DNA of 64,000 nt from Candidatus Marinacidobacterium sp. Lineage in GTDB: Bacteria > Acidobacteriota > Vicinamibacteria > Marinacidobacterales > Marinacidobacteraceae. The notes under the pieces are model-generated. The model saw only the letters and a list, made by a program, of their open reading frames with translations. It made no database searches and was not told the DNA's origin. The stretch spans positions 2,368,001-2,432,000 of the forward strand of contig OZ242011.1 in NCBI GenBank assembly GCA_965204755.1. Reading direction: 5' to 3'. Below are positions 17,401 through 26,119 of this stretch, piece by piece. Within the stretch, counting starts at the first letter, position 1, and each line of letters opens with the position of its first letter. The translations under genes and the position numbers were made by a program.

Positions 17401-18979
17401 ACGACAACTGCAGTTTCGTTCAGTGTCGGAGGCACCGCCATCAGTCGCTTCCCCCTCAACGAATCGCGACAGCAGAGTCGGTGTGGGCAAGACTCGTACA
17501 TGGGACGTGCCCCCGCACGCCGCCTTTTTTCGCCCCTTCCTTCATGACGCTCCGACCGAAATTGACTCGATTGGGTACGACACGTACTGTGACGTTCTCC
17601 TTCTTCTGACGGCCCTGGATGGTAGCGAAGGAATTCTGGACGTGATCCAAGAGAGTGGCACCGGAAGTCTTCCTTTCAGGGAACGCTGGGCATGGCGGTC
17701 GCGCATTCATCTGAGTAACTGCGCATGGAACGCGATAGAGAGTGCGATTCGGTGGTCAGAGAAACCGGCAGCGGAACCGGTGGACAAGGAAGGAGGATCA
17801 CTCGATGTCAAGGGCGCCCTGCGGAACTCGATACCCGATGGCGTTGCTACTCTGTCGTCGGATGCCTTCGCCGTGGAACGCGTAGACCTGCATGTTGATT
17901 CGGGCGCGGGAGTTGAGATCTCAAGGGCGATACGGACGGGGTCGTGGCCGGACCAGACGCTACCAGACGAGTTGAGAATCGCCACATCGCCCGACTCTGA
18001 CAAGGTGCGAGTGAGACTCGGGCAAGTCATCGCTAAGGTTGAGAAGCAGGCACGCAACTCGCTTAGCGTAACGACGGCGACCCGGAACGCGACCATGGAG
18101 CAAGTCTTTAGGGCCTTCTTGGCGCCAAGTTACGGAGGAGCATCTTCATCGCCGGACTTGGTTGTATTGCCGGAACTCACGGTACCGAACGAGGAAGTTC
18201 GGTCTCTGCGCAGCTGTGTCATGGAGACCGGGATGGCCGCATTGACCGGGCTCTACTGGCGTACCTTGGCACCGGTGTATCCGGCGAGTGGAAGCGTACG
18301 GAGTCAGAGACACTGGATCGTGAATGAGGCGGAACTTGCCGTGCCGGTCGGCTACCACGATCGCGGGCCGACGAGTATCCGTTGGTACCGCGTACGAAAA
18401 CCCCTCCCCTCACACATGGAAGACGGTCGGGCTCAGGCGTTGCAGGCGGAGTACGGAGGCGCTTGGAAGATGTTGCCCGGTCGACGTTGGTATCGTTTCG
18501 TGCATTCTCAGTGGGGCGATTTCGCCGTCGCCATCTGTTCCGACCTCATCGACGCGTCGCCATGGCGGACGTTGCGAGGTGAGATCCTCCATCTGTTCGT
18601 CGTTGCGTACAATCGGGATGTGAACCTCTACGAAGTACTGACTTGGGCTCGCGCGTACGAGAATTACGCCAATCTGGTGGCTGTCAACAGCGGGGACTAC
18701 GGTGGCTCAGTGGCGTGGACTCCACGGCGTCGGCTCGGTCGCGAGTTGGCGCAACTAAGGGGTCGAAAGATGAGTGTGCTGGCCGATGTGTCGCTTCCGG
18801 TGACGGAGCTCCTGATGGAACAGTTGCGCGGTGTCAGGAAGGCAGTTTGTCGGACCGCAGCGGAGTGGGAGACGGGAGAGACGACCGAGGCGGGAGGATA
18901 CAAATCGCCGCCGCCCGGTTTCAAGCGCCGCGCCGTTCAAACGAGCGACAGTCTGAAAGACGAGTCCCCAGACGAGTGA
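14468..18979 (+). CDS. reverse transcriptase-nitrilase fusion, 1503 aa (DRT type 1 / UG1-like defence RT)
   Basis: RT motifs: PYPKKGKRLR, VRDQVA, FGNR, LDIEMAYPSV (D220), GIPTGL (G311), RFADD (352-355). C-terminal carbon-nitrogen hydrolase triad LPEL (E1236), RVRK (K1311), AICSD (C1357); ends KSPPPGF. Start placed at ATG 14468, after the aquaporin stop. Confidence 0.9.
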   Translation: MASPSASTLAAVALSHPLVLRAAWMRIDRWYRAGNIAPEPELSRWRLHPEAELRSLGEALRNGIWAPSAWQQLPYPKKGKRLRHFVWPTVRDQVAFMAHMVLLGPLIDSRLNPFVFGNRWYRSIIWDRSQSSRSRWTPLGYPLLTSRSYLPYARDHGLYRRVAHWTVSRMTGAPVEENDYGGRVHHPDDYNEDFLPEWTRREWWAGGLEGKHRAYWAALDIEMAYPSVNLDYLRNCLLQALAADPLDENIFRGYPDVTLAALRDEESPRSIARRLIVALQKVRVRHGDILNASWKPSHIRARLPSLDEDIGIPTGLAISGVLLNVALAPTDKSIYRYLKTTTGAYRGAVLRFADDTYVFSRSLDGLLTLMEVVARDTAHPKEASWLPDRPDGRGDSESALLRSRSTLGTNLYLNLEKIRPDAVKRLVERVCRSEGWSKCDDCEALKPDDSMTKTTPVDRWWRTNEDSVDRQLRNALFRASVGPESAGPFVTALVERMSEIGWGGLRERFGEGARERLGRLHELARFDIADEQVRADTRRVFAANRLVAAWLSDEGGTAVAEIRHIRDSLAHVLDRTPWKFALWTAVVRAAARLSYVGAERTENAKEDDRNGGVWLESQLRRIARPPSADDHLSWAKRWPEDLHDSHDRGEGWADLYLSFHRAAFWQGLRTVLIELWEHLRRTGGGEAEAAHESGPSPDSWCFRAIPEGRHRETLDLLGTTDRWARVLYGADAEASDRLAHRWEMDQFVAAVLSTVPRSRAAVAWLRCQPPGEILRVPSAHPGLGTLTERILRRANRLSVRGGQVAGLSAGALAHLGLAGTDRKTGRVLYRKGVPRIHDWSRDRDRIVRMSQVLGCSDAISAAQMELEVDTPSELIQKIGDAPFRLDAYGAVRRTLLGGESKSTQAVESLHRLLWGRPGDSRDLSSWPLCPWDMPAVGLPYQIAVGLFLNAPNPTPEWRPVHGPLSWFFHKGSAILAAGRQLQFRSVSEAPPSVASPSTNRDSRVGVGKTRTWDVPPHAAFFRPFLHDAPTEIDSIGYDTYCDVLLLLTALDGSEGILDVIQESGTGSLPFRERWAWRSRIHLSNCAWNAIESAIRWSEKPAAEPVDKEGGSLDVKGALRNSIPDGVATLSSDAFAVERVDLHVDSGAGVEISRAIRTGSWPDQTLPDELRIATSPDSDKVRVRLGQVIAKVEKQARNSLSVTTATRNATMEQVFRAFLAPSYGGASSSPDLVVLPELTVPNEEVRSLRSCVMETGMAALTGLYWRTLAPVYPASGSVRSQRHWIVNEAELAVPVGYHDRGPTSIRWYRVRKPLPSHMEDGRAQALQAEYGGAWKMLPGRRWYRFVHSQWGDFAVAICSDLIDASPWRTLRGEILHLFVVAYNRDVNLYEVLTWARAYENYANLVAVNSGDYGGSVAWTPRRRLGRELAQLRGRKMSVLADVSLPVTELLMEQLRGVRKAVCRTAAEWETGETTEAGGYKSPPPGFKRRAVQTSDSLKDESPDE

Positions 18980-19036
18980 GGAGAGGTGCCTTCTCGGCCC
19001 AGACTCTGCCGCTGGTGCTTCGCTTTGGCCCGTGGC

Positions 19037-20464
19037 TCAGCCGGCCGAGGCGGCGGGAACGCGCTGAGCCCGGTCCTCCACCAAGTGGCGGATGGTGTTG
19101 GCGTAGTAGTCCACGAAGTCGCGGCGGGGGGCGAGGACGCGGAGGCGGCCGTCTTCGCTGGCGACCATCTTCCGTTGGACGAGTAACGCCAGGCCCTGCT
19201 CCACGGCGGTCTTCCAGTCCGGGCGGGCGATGTCCGGTTCGCCGGGGCGCCGCGCCACGGACTCCAGGATCCGGAAGGCGCGGGCTTCGGCTTCGGGGGG
19301 CGTGATCCCGTCGGGATCGTGTTCGCGGATGACCGCGGCCATGAGCGGCACCGGGAGGATCGGCATGATCGCGGCGATTCGTTCCATGAGCGCGCCCGCC
19401 AACTCTTCGACCGCGGTGAAACGCGCCTCGCGACTCGCCGTCCGCGGATCGAGGGCGGCGGCGGCGAGCCAATCGCGCAGCGAAACCGGGGCGCCCACGC
19501 TGATCGTCGCCCGCCCGAACGGGCGCCAGCGGCGGCGCAGGTAGAGCCACGACTGCTGGAGGAAGAAGCCGAGGCTCGCCCGCCAGGTGCGGATGCGGGT
19601 GGGAGACCGCCCTTTCACTTTCAGCAGGTGGAGGTTCTTGTCCTCCATGACGCGGTCGTAGTTGACGGCCACCGGGACGAGCGCCACATCGCGTTCGGCG
19701 TCGGGATCGAAGGCGCGCACCGTGTAGTCGAGCAAGCCGAGGCGCGGCCGGCGCAGCGCGCCGTCTTCGCTGAACCGGCCTTCGATGAAGAACGCCTGCG
19801 GGACGCCGCCGCGGGCGGCGTGTTTGACATGGGCGGCCAGCACCGCGCGGTAGAGCGGGTTTCCCGAGCCGCGCCGCACGAAGAACCCGCCGAGGCCGCG
19901 CAGCATCGGCTCGAGCGGCCAGTAGCGCGCCCATTCCCCGACCGCGAACGAGAGGACCGCGCGGTCGGCGAGCGAAGTGGCGGCGATCAGGTAATCCAAG
20001 TTGCTCCGGTGGTTGAGCACGAACACCGGGGTCGAGTCCTTCGCCGCCCGGGAGAGCGCCGCTTCGTCGGCGTAACGGACCCGCACCGAGAACACGCGGC
20101 TCAGCGCGCGCCGCACCGGGCCGTGGAGGAAACGGAAGACGAAACCGGAACTCAGCGAGGGGACGATTTCGCGGGCGTAACCGCGGGCTTCGTGGAGCAC
20201 CTCGCACTGCTCGATGCCGGTCTCCTTCGCCCTTCGGACGACCGCCGCCTGCACTTCGGGCTCCACCATGAGCAGGTCCGCCGCGGCGACCGGCGAGATC
20301 AACTGGAACGCCGAGGGTTGGATCGCCGACCGCGCCCGGTGGAACCCGTGGGGGTTCTGCCGTTCCAGCCTCCGCCTCAGCAGCGGCCGGAGGACCAGTC
20401 CGTAGGCGCAGCCCAAGACGAGCAGCGCCAGCACGAAGGCCGGAACCGGAACGGTCTGGAACAT
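19037..20464 (-). CDS. glycerol-3-phosphate / 1-acyl-glycerol-3-phosphate acyltransferase (PlsB-like)
   Basis: NHRSNLD (HxxxxD), GGFFVRR, FFIEGRFS, VPVAVNYDRV. Confidence 0.85.
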   Translation of the reverse strand: MFQTVPVPAFVLALLVLGCAYGLVLRPLLRRRLERQNPHGFHRARSAIQPSAFQLISPVAAADLLMVEPEVQAAVVRRAKETGIEQCEVLHEARGYAREIVPSLSSGFVFRFLHGPVRRALSRVFSVRVRYADEAALSRAAKDSTPVFVLNHRSNLDYLIAATSLADRAVLSFAVGEWARYWPLEPMLRGLGGFFVRRGSGNPLYRAVLAAHVKHAARGGVPQAFFIEGRFSEDGALRRPRLGLLDYTVRAFDPDAERDVALVPVAVNYDRVMEDKNLHLLKVKGRSPTRIRTWRASLGFFLQQSWLYLRRRWRPFGRATISVGAPVSLRDWLAAAALDPRTASREARFTAVEELAGALMERIAAIMPILPVPLMAAVIREHDPDGITPPEAEARAFRILESVARRPGEPDIARPDWKTAVEQGLALLVQRKMVASEDGRLRVLAPRRDFVDYYANTIRHLVEDRAQRVPAASAG

Positions 20465-20496
20465 CGGGGCGCCGCGCGCTCAGGCCCGGGTCGGGG

Positions 20497-22266
20497 TCAG
20501 CGGAACTCCGGGACCCGCACCTCCGCCTCGATCCCGGCGAGCAGTCGCGAACGGCGCTCCCCGAGCGACTCCGACAAACGCTCTGCGGGAACGATCTCGT
20601 CGGCGTCTTCCCCGCGGATGCGAACTTCCACGCCGCCCCGTTCCAGCGCCCGACGGGACACCACGACCCGCAGCGGAATGCCGATCAGGTCGGCGTCCGA
20701 GAACTTGACGCCGGCGCGGTCGCCGCGGTCGTCGTAGAGCACCTCCAGACCGTCCGCCCGAAGCCGCTCGTAGATCCGGTCCGCTTCGCGCGCGGCGTCG
20801 TCGTCCGCCGCCGACTTCCCGCCCAGCGCGATCAGGTGCACCTCGAAGGGAGCGACGCTCATCGGCCAGACCAGGCCGCGCTCGTCGTGGTGCTCTTCGG
20901 CGACGCAGGCCAGCAGCCGACCGGAGCCGATCCCGTAGGACCCCATCCAGATCGGCCGCTGCTCCCCGTCCTCGGCGATGTAGCGGGCGCCGGCGGCGTC
21001 GCCGTAACGCGTGCCCAACTGGAAGATGTTCCCGACTTCCACGCCGCGCGAAGTCCGGAGCGGCTCGCCGCACCGGGCGCAGGCATCCCCGTCCCCGGCC
21101 GCGGCGATGTCGCCGGTGTGCTGCGGCCGGTAGTCGCGTCCGGCGTTGACCCCGCGGAGGTGGAAGCCGGCTTCGTTCGCGCCGCTGACCAGGTTCGGGG
21201 AGGACACCGCCGACTCGTCGCAGACCACGATCCCGGCGGTCATCCCCACCGGCGAGGCATACCCCGGAACCGCGCCGGCCGCCCGGATCGCTTCGTCTTC
21301 GGCGGGTCGCAGCCAAGCCGCGCCGACCGTGTTCGCCACCTTGGTCTCGTTCACTTCCAGGTCGCCGCGCACGACGGCGACCACCAACTCTTCGCGTTTC
21401 CCGCCGTCGAGTCCGGCGGTGAAGAAGACCGCCTTCGCGGTCCGGCTCTCCGGGACTTCCAGCAACTTCGCGAGCGCCGCGATCGTGGAAGCGCCGGGCG
21501 TTTCGACCCGCTCCATCGGGAGCGGTTCTTCCGACTCCGCCGGCGGCCGGGCGAACTCCGCCACCTGGCGGTTCGCCGCGTAACCGCAGCAGTCGCAGAG
21601 CACCAGGGTGTCTTCGCCCACCGGCGTCAGGTACATGAACTCGTGCGCCCGGCTGCCGCCCATCATTCCCACATCGGAACCGACTGCCACGGTGGGGACG
21701 CCGCAGCGCCCGAAGATGCGGAAGTAGGCCTCGTAGTGCGCCCGGTACTGGCGCTCCAAACCCTCGGCGTCCCGGTCGAGCGTGTACGAGTCCTTCATCG
21801 TGAACTCGCGGACGCGGATCAGCCCGGCGCGCGGGCGGGCGTCGTCCCGGAACTTGGTCTGGATGTGATAGACGAGTTGCGGCAGTTGCCGCCAGGAACG
21901 GATCTCCGTCCGGCAGAGGTCGCCGACGACCTCTTCGTGCGTCATGGCGAGCACCAGGTCGCTCGCCTTCCGATCCCGGAACCGGGCCATCTCCGGGCCG
22001 ACCGCGTCGTACCGGCCGGACCGCTTCCAGATCTCGGCCGGGTGCACCACCGGCATGGTCATCTCCTGACCGCCGATCCGGTTCATCTCCTCGCGCAGGA
22101 TGTTTTCGATCTTGGTGATCGAGCGGTGCGCGAGCGGCAAGTAGGAATAGAGCCCCTGTCCGAGTTGGCGGATGAACCCGGCGCGGGTCAGCAGCGCGTG
22201 ACTGGCCGCCTGGGCACCGGCCGGGGCTTCGCGCAGGGTGCCGCCGAAATGGGTGGAATAGCGCAT
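20497..22266 (-). CDS. proS: proline--tRNA ligase
   Basis: LAMTHEE, QTKFRDDARPRAGLIRVREFTMKDSY, editing (INS) domain, EVGNIFQLGT, MGSYGIG, DDRGDRAGVKF. Confidence 0.97.
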   Translation of the reverse strand: MRYSTHFGGTLREAPAGAQAASHALLTRAGFIRQLGQGLYSYLPLAHRSITKIENILREEMNRIGGQEMTMPVVHPAEIWKRSGRYDAVGPEMARFRDRKASDLVLAMTHEEVVGDLCRTEIRSWRQLPQLVYHIQTKFRDDARPRAGLIRVREFTMKDSYTLDRDAEGLERQYRAHYEAYFRIFGRCGVPTVAVGSDVGMMGGSRAHEFMYLTPVGEDTLVLCDCCGYAANRQVAEFARPPAESEEPLPMERVETPGASTIAALAKLLEVPESRTAKAVFFTAGLDGGKREELVVAVVRGDLEVNETKVANTVGAAWLRPAEDEAIRAAGAVPGYASPVGMTAGIVVCDESAVSSPNLVSGANEAGFHLRGVNAGRDYRPQHTGDIAAAGDGDACARCGEPLRTSRGVEVGNIFQLGTRYGDAAGARYIAEDGEQRPIWMGSYGIGSGRLLACVAEEHHDERGLVWPMSVAPFEVHLIALGGKSAADDDAAREADRIYERLRADGLEVLYDDRGDRAGVKFSDADLIGIPLRVVVSRRALERGGVEVRIRGEDADEIVPAERLSESLGERRSRLLAGIEAEVRVPEFR

Positions 22267-22387
22267 GGGTCGGGACTCCGGCGGGCGGCGGGGCGCGGAG
22301 TCTATCCACCGATCCCGGCGATTCCCGCCGGGCCGGAGGCGCCGGTTCTTCGCCGACGCCGGTGGCGGGCCGGCCCCCGGCGGTCGG

Positions 22388-23821
22388 CTACGCGGCGGGG
22401 CTTCGGCGCGCCGGTTCGCGATGTTCGCCGCCGATCCGAGCCGGCTCTCCGTGGACGGGCGCGGTCCGGTCGGCAGGGATCGGCCACTCGGCGTCTGCGC
22501 CGTTCGTGTCCACCGGGGCCAGGCGTTGCCGGCTGCGGAGCACTTCCCCGAGCAGGAAGATGGATCCGGCGACGACGACCTCTCCCCCGGGGCCCGCCCA
22601 CCGCTCCGCCCCTTCGACCGCCGCCTCCGCGCCCGGCGCGGTCTCCACGGCGGCGCCGTCGAGCGCCGGCGCCGCGGCCGCGGCGAGTTCCTCGGCGGAC
22701 AGCGCCCGCCGGCTCTCCGCCGCGGTGAGGACGATGCGGTCGCAATGCGGCCGGAGCGAGGAGAGCATCTCGTCCACGCGCTTGTCGCGCATCGCGCCGA
22801 ACACCAGCGCCCGCCGCCGCGCCGGGCGGAGCGAGTCGAGGAACTCCGCCAGCCGGGCCGCGCCGCTCGGGTTGTGCGCCGCGTCGAGCAGCAGGGGCGG
22901 CCCCCCGTTCCTCGGGGGCAGCCACTCCAGTCGCCCCGGCCAGCGCGCGGCGGCCACGCCCTCCCGAACGCGGGCCGGATCGAGCGCGCCGAGTGCGGAG
23001 AGCGCCAGGAACCGCTCCGCGCCGAGCAGCGCCAGCGCCAGGTTGTCGTGCTGGTGGGGGCCGGGGAGCGGCAGCGTCAGCCCTTCATAGACGCGGGCGC
23101 CGACGGACAGCGAGCCGCGCGACCCGGCGCGGAAGGAGTCGAGCCGAACCTCGGTCTCGTCCTCGGCGCTGCGGAAGACGGCACCGGCCTCGGCGGCGCG
23201 CGCCTCGAGTGATTTCCGCGCCTCCGGCTGCTGGCGGGCGACGATGAGTTCCCGCCGGGAACGGGCGATGGCGCCCTTCTCGGCGGCGATGGCGGAGACG
23301 GTGTCTCCCAGGAACCGTTCGTGGTCGAGCGCGATCCGGCTCACCAGCCCCACCGGCCCCTCCGCGATGGTGGAGGCGTCCCACCGTCCGCCCATCCCCA
23401 CCTCGAACACCGCGGCGTCCACCGGGCGGCTCTCGAAGGCGAGGAAGGCGGCGGCGGTGATCGTCTCGAAGAAGGAGGGCTGGTATTCCCGGGCGAAGCC
23501 GGCCGAAGCGGCGGCCACTTCGCCGACGAACCCCGCGAAGTCGTCCGGCGGCAGGGGCTCACCGTCGAGGACGATCCGCTCCTCCACCGAGACAAGGTGC
23601 GGCGAAGTGAACCGCCCCACCCGCAGGCCGTGCGCCCGGAGCACGGAGTCCAGGATCGCGACCGTGGAGCCCTTGCCGTTCGTCCCCGCGACCACCACCG
23701 CCGGGATCCGCCGCTGGGGATTCCCCAGGCGCTCCGCCAAGTGGCGGATGTTCCGCAGCCCGACCTTGACCCGAAACTGCTCGCGGCCCCTCAGGAAATC
23801 CAGCGCTTCCCGGTAACGCAT
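22388..23821 (-). CDS. folC: folylpolyglutamate synthase / dihydrofolate synthase
   Basis: VAGTNGKGS, FTSPHL, FEVGMGGRWDA, LDH, WPGRLE, LDAAHNP, GSIFLLG. Confidence 0.95.
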   Translation of the reverse strand: MRYREALDFLRGREQFRVKVGLRNIRHLAERLGNPQRRIPAVVVAGTNGKGSTVAILDSVLRAHGLRVGRFTSPHLVSVEERIVLDGEPLPPDDFAGFVGEVAAASAGFAREYQPSFFETITAAAFLAFESRPVDAAVFEVGMGGRWDASTIAEGPVGLVSRIALDHERFLGDTVSAIAAEKGAIARSRRELIVARQQPEARKSLEARAAEAGAVFRSAEDETEVRLDSFRAGSRGSLSVGARVYEGLTLPLPGPHQHDNLALALLGAERFLALSALGALDPARVREGVAAARWPGRLEWLPPRNGGPPLLLDAAHNPSGAARLAEFLDSLRPARRRALVFGAMRDKRVDEMLSSLRPHCDRIVLTAAESRRALSAEELAAAAAPALDGAAVETAPGAEAAVEGAERWAGPGGEVVVAGSIFLLGEVLRSRQRLAPVDTNGADAEWPIPADRTAPVHGEPARIGGEHREPARRSPAA

Positions 23822-23911
23822 GGAGCCGGGAGCGCGCTGGCCGGATCGCGTTCGGGTGCTTCCAGCCGAGCGGAACCGACCGGAGCGGGAACCGCGCGGC
23901 GAGCCGGGGCG

Positions 23912-24841
<930 letters not shown>

Positions 24842-25064
24842 GAAGCGCGGGATCGTAACAGAGCCCCGCCGAGGCTCCGGCTCGAATTCGGTAGCGGCGC
24901 CCGCCTTGGTTGGTTAGAATCAGACCCTAGATGTGGGTGTCTGGTGTGCGTCCCGTGGGTGCTTGGTGGTCGTGTTCCGAGCCGGGTTCGCCCCGCTCCG
25001 CGCCGCACCCCTCGGGCACTGCGCACGAGGCCAGCCACGCGCCGATTCAGGTGAGGAAGCCGCG

Positions 25065-26102
25065 ATGATCAAGGCCATCGATTTCTTCTGCGGAGCGGGA
25101 GGCCTGACGCGGGGGCTTCTCGACGCGAAAGTCTCCGTGGTGGCGGGAGTCGACAACGACCCACGCCTCCGCTTGACCTATGAGCGCAATAACCGACCGA
25201 GCCGTTTCGTCTGTGAGGACATCGCAGAGGTCGACATCGCCGCCCTCCGAGCGGACTTGGCCATCGAGCGTGGTGACGCGACACTCTACGCCGCCTGCAC
25301 GCCGTGCCAGCCGTTCTCATCCCTGAACATATCCAAACGCCCCGATGGCAGGAAATCACTCTTGCTGGAGTTCGCCCGGGTCGTAGCGAACAGCCCTCCC
25401 GACTTCGTCATCGTGGAGAATGTCCCGGGGCTTCACAGCGCTGTCGGGCGCGAAATCTACGCTCAATTCATGAGTGTCCTGTCGAAATACGGCTTCCGGG
25501 AGTCCTCCGATCTGCTGGATGCGAAGGACTACCGCGTACCGCAGACCCGCAAGCGTTTCATCTTGGTGGCATCGCGACACGGTCGCCCGGATTTGCCCGC
25601 GCCGACGACAAGAACCTGTCCGGAGACCGTCGCCCGCCATATCGGGCGTTACCCGCGGATCGCTGACGGCGAACGATCTACGGTGGTCCCCAACCACCAC
25701 GCGAGACGATTGCCTCCGCACCACAAGCGGATCGTGGAGGCCGTTCCACTCGATGGGGGAAGCCGTCGCGATGTGACAGACACCTCGATTCTGCTCAAAT
25801 GCCACCGGCGTCGACCAGCCGCCCACAAGGATGTTTTCGGCCGGATGGCGTGGCAGGCGCCGGCCCCGACATTGACCTGTCGATGCACCGATGTCTATTG
25901 TGGCCGCTTCATCCACCCGGAGCAGCACCGGGGAATCTCTCATCGCGAAGCGGCCGCGCTTCAGACTTTCCGTGACGACTACGAGTTCTACGGCGAGTCG
26001 TTTCACGAGAGGTCGCGACAGATCGGAAACGCTGTGCCGGTCAGACTCGCCGCAGCCTTGGGTGCGGTATCTCTACAGTTCTTGGACGGATGTCGCCACT
26101 GA
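25065..26102 (+). CDS. DNA (cytosine-5)-methyltransferase
   Basis: DFFCGAGG (motif I), PCQPFS (IV), ENVPG (VI), PQTRKR (VIII), REAAALQTF (IX), QIGNAVP (X); RBS GAGGA before ATG 25065. Confidence 0.93.
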   Translation: MIKAIDFFCGAGGLTRGLLDAKVSVVAGVDNDPRLRLTYERNNRPSRFVCEDIAEVDIAALRADLAIERGDATLYAACTPCQPFSSLNISKRPDGRKSLLLEFARVVANSPPDFVIVENVPGLHSAVGREIYAQFMSVLSKYGFRESSDLLDAKDYRVPQTRKRFILVASRHGRPDLPAPTTRTCPETVARHIGRYPRIADGERSTVVPNHHARRLPPHHKRIVEAVPLDGGSRRDVTDTSILLKCHRRRPAAHKDVFGRMAWQAPAPTLTCRCTDVYCGRFIHPEQHRGISHREAAALQTFRDDYEFYGESFHERSRQIGNAVPVRLAAALGAVSLQFLDGCRH

Positions 26103-26119
26103 CCCGTGACCCGAGCGCC

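Noticed and set aside
14454-19036. Group II intron, retron or DGR interpretation of the RT
   Set aside because: No flanking space for intron RNA or msr-msd, no maturase/HNH or retron VTG motif, and no TR/VR repeat pair seen. The nitrilase fusion points to the UG/DRT class.
24842-25064. tRNA or att site at the left edge of the restriction island
   Set aside because: GGGTTCG is present but there is no cloverleaf or CCA end, and no convincing direct repeat at the right edge.
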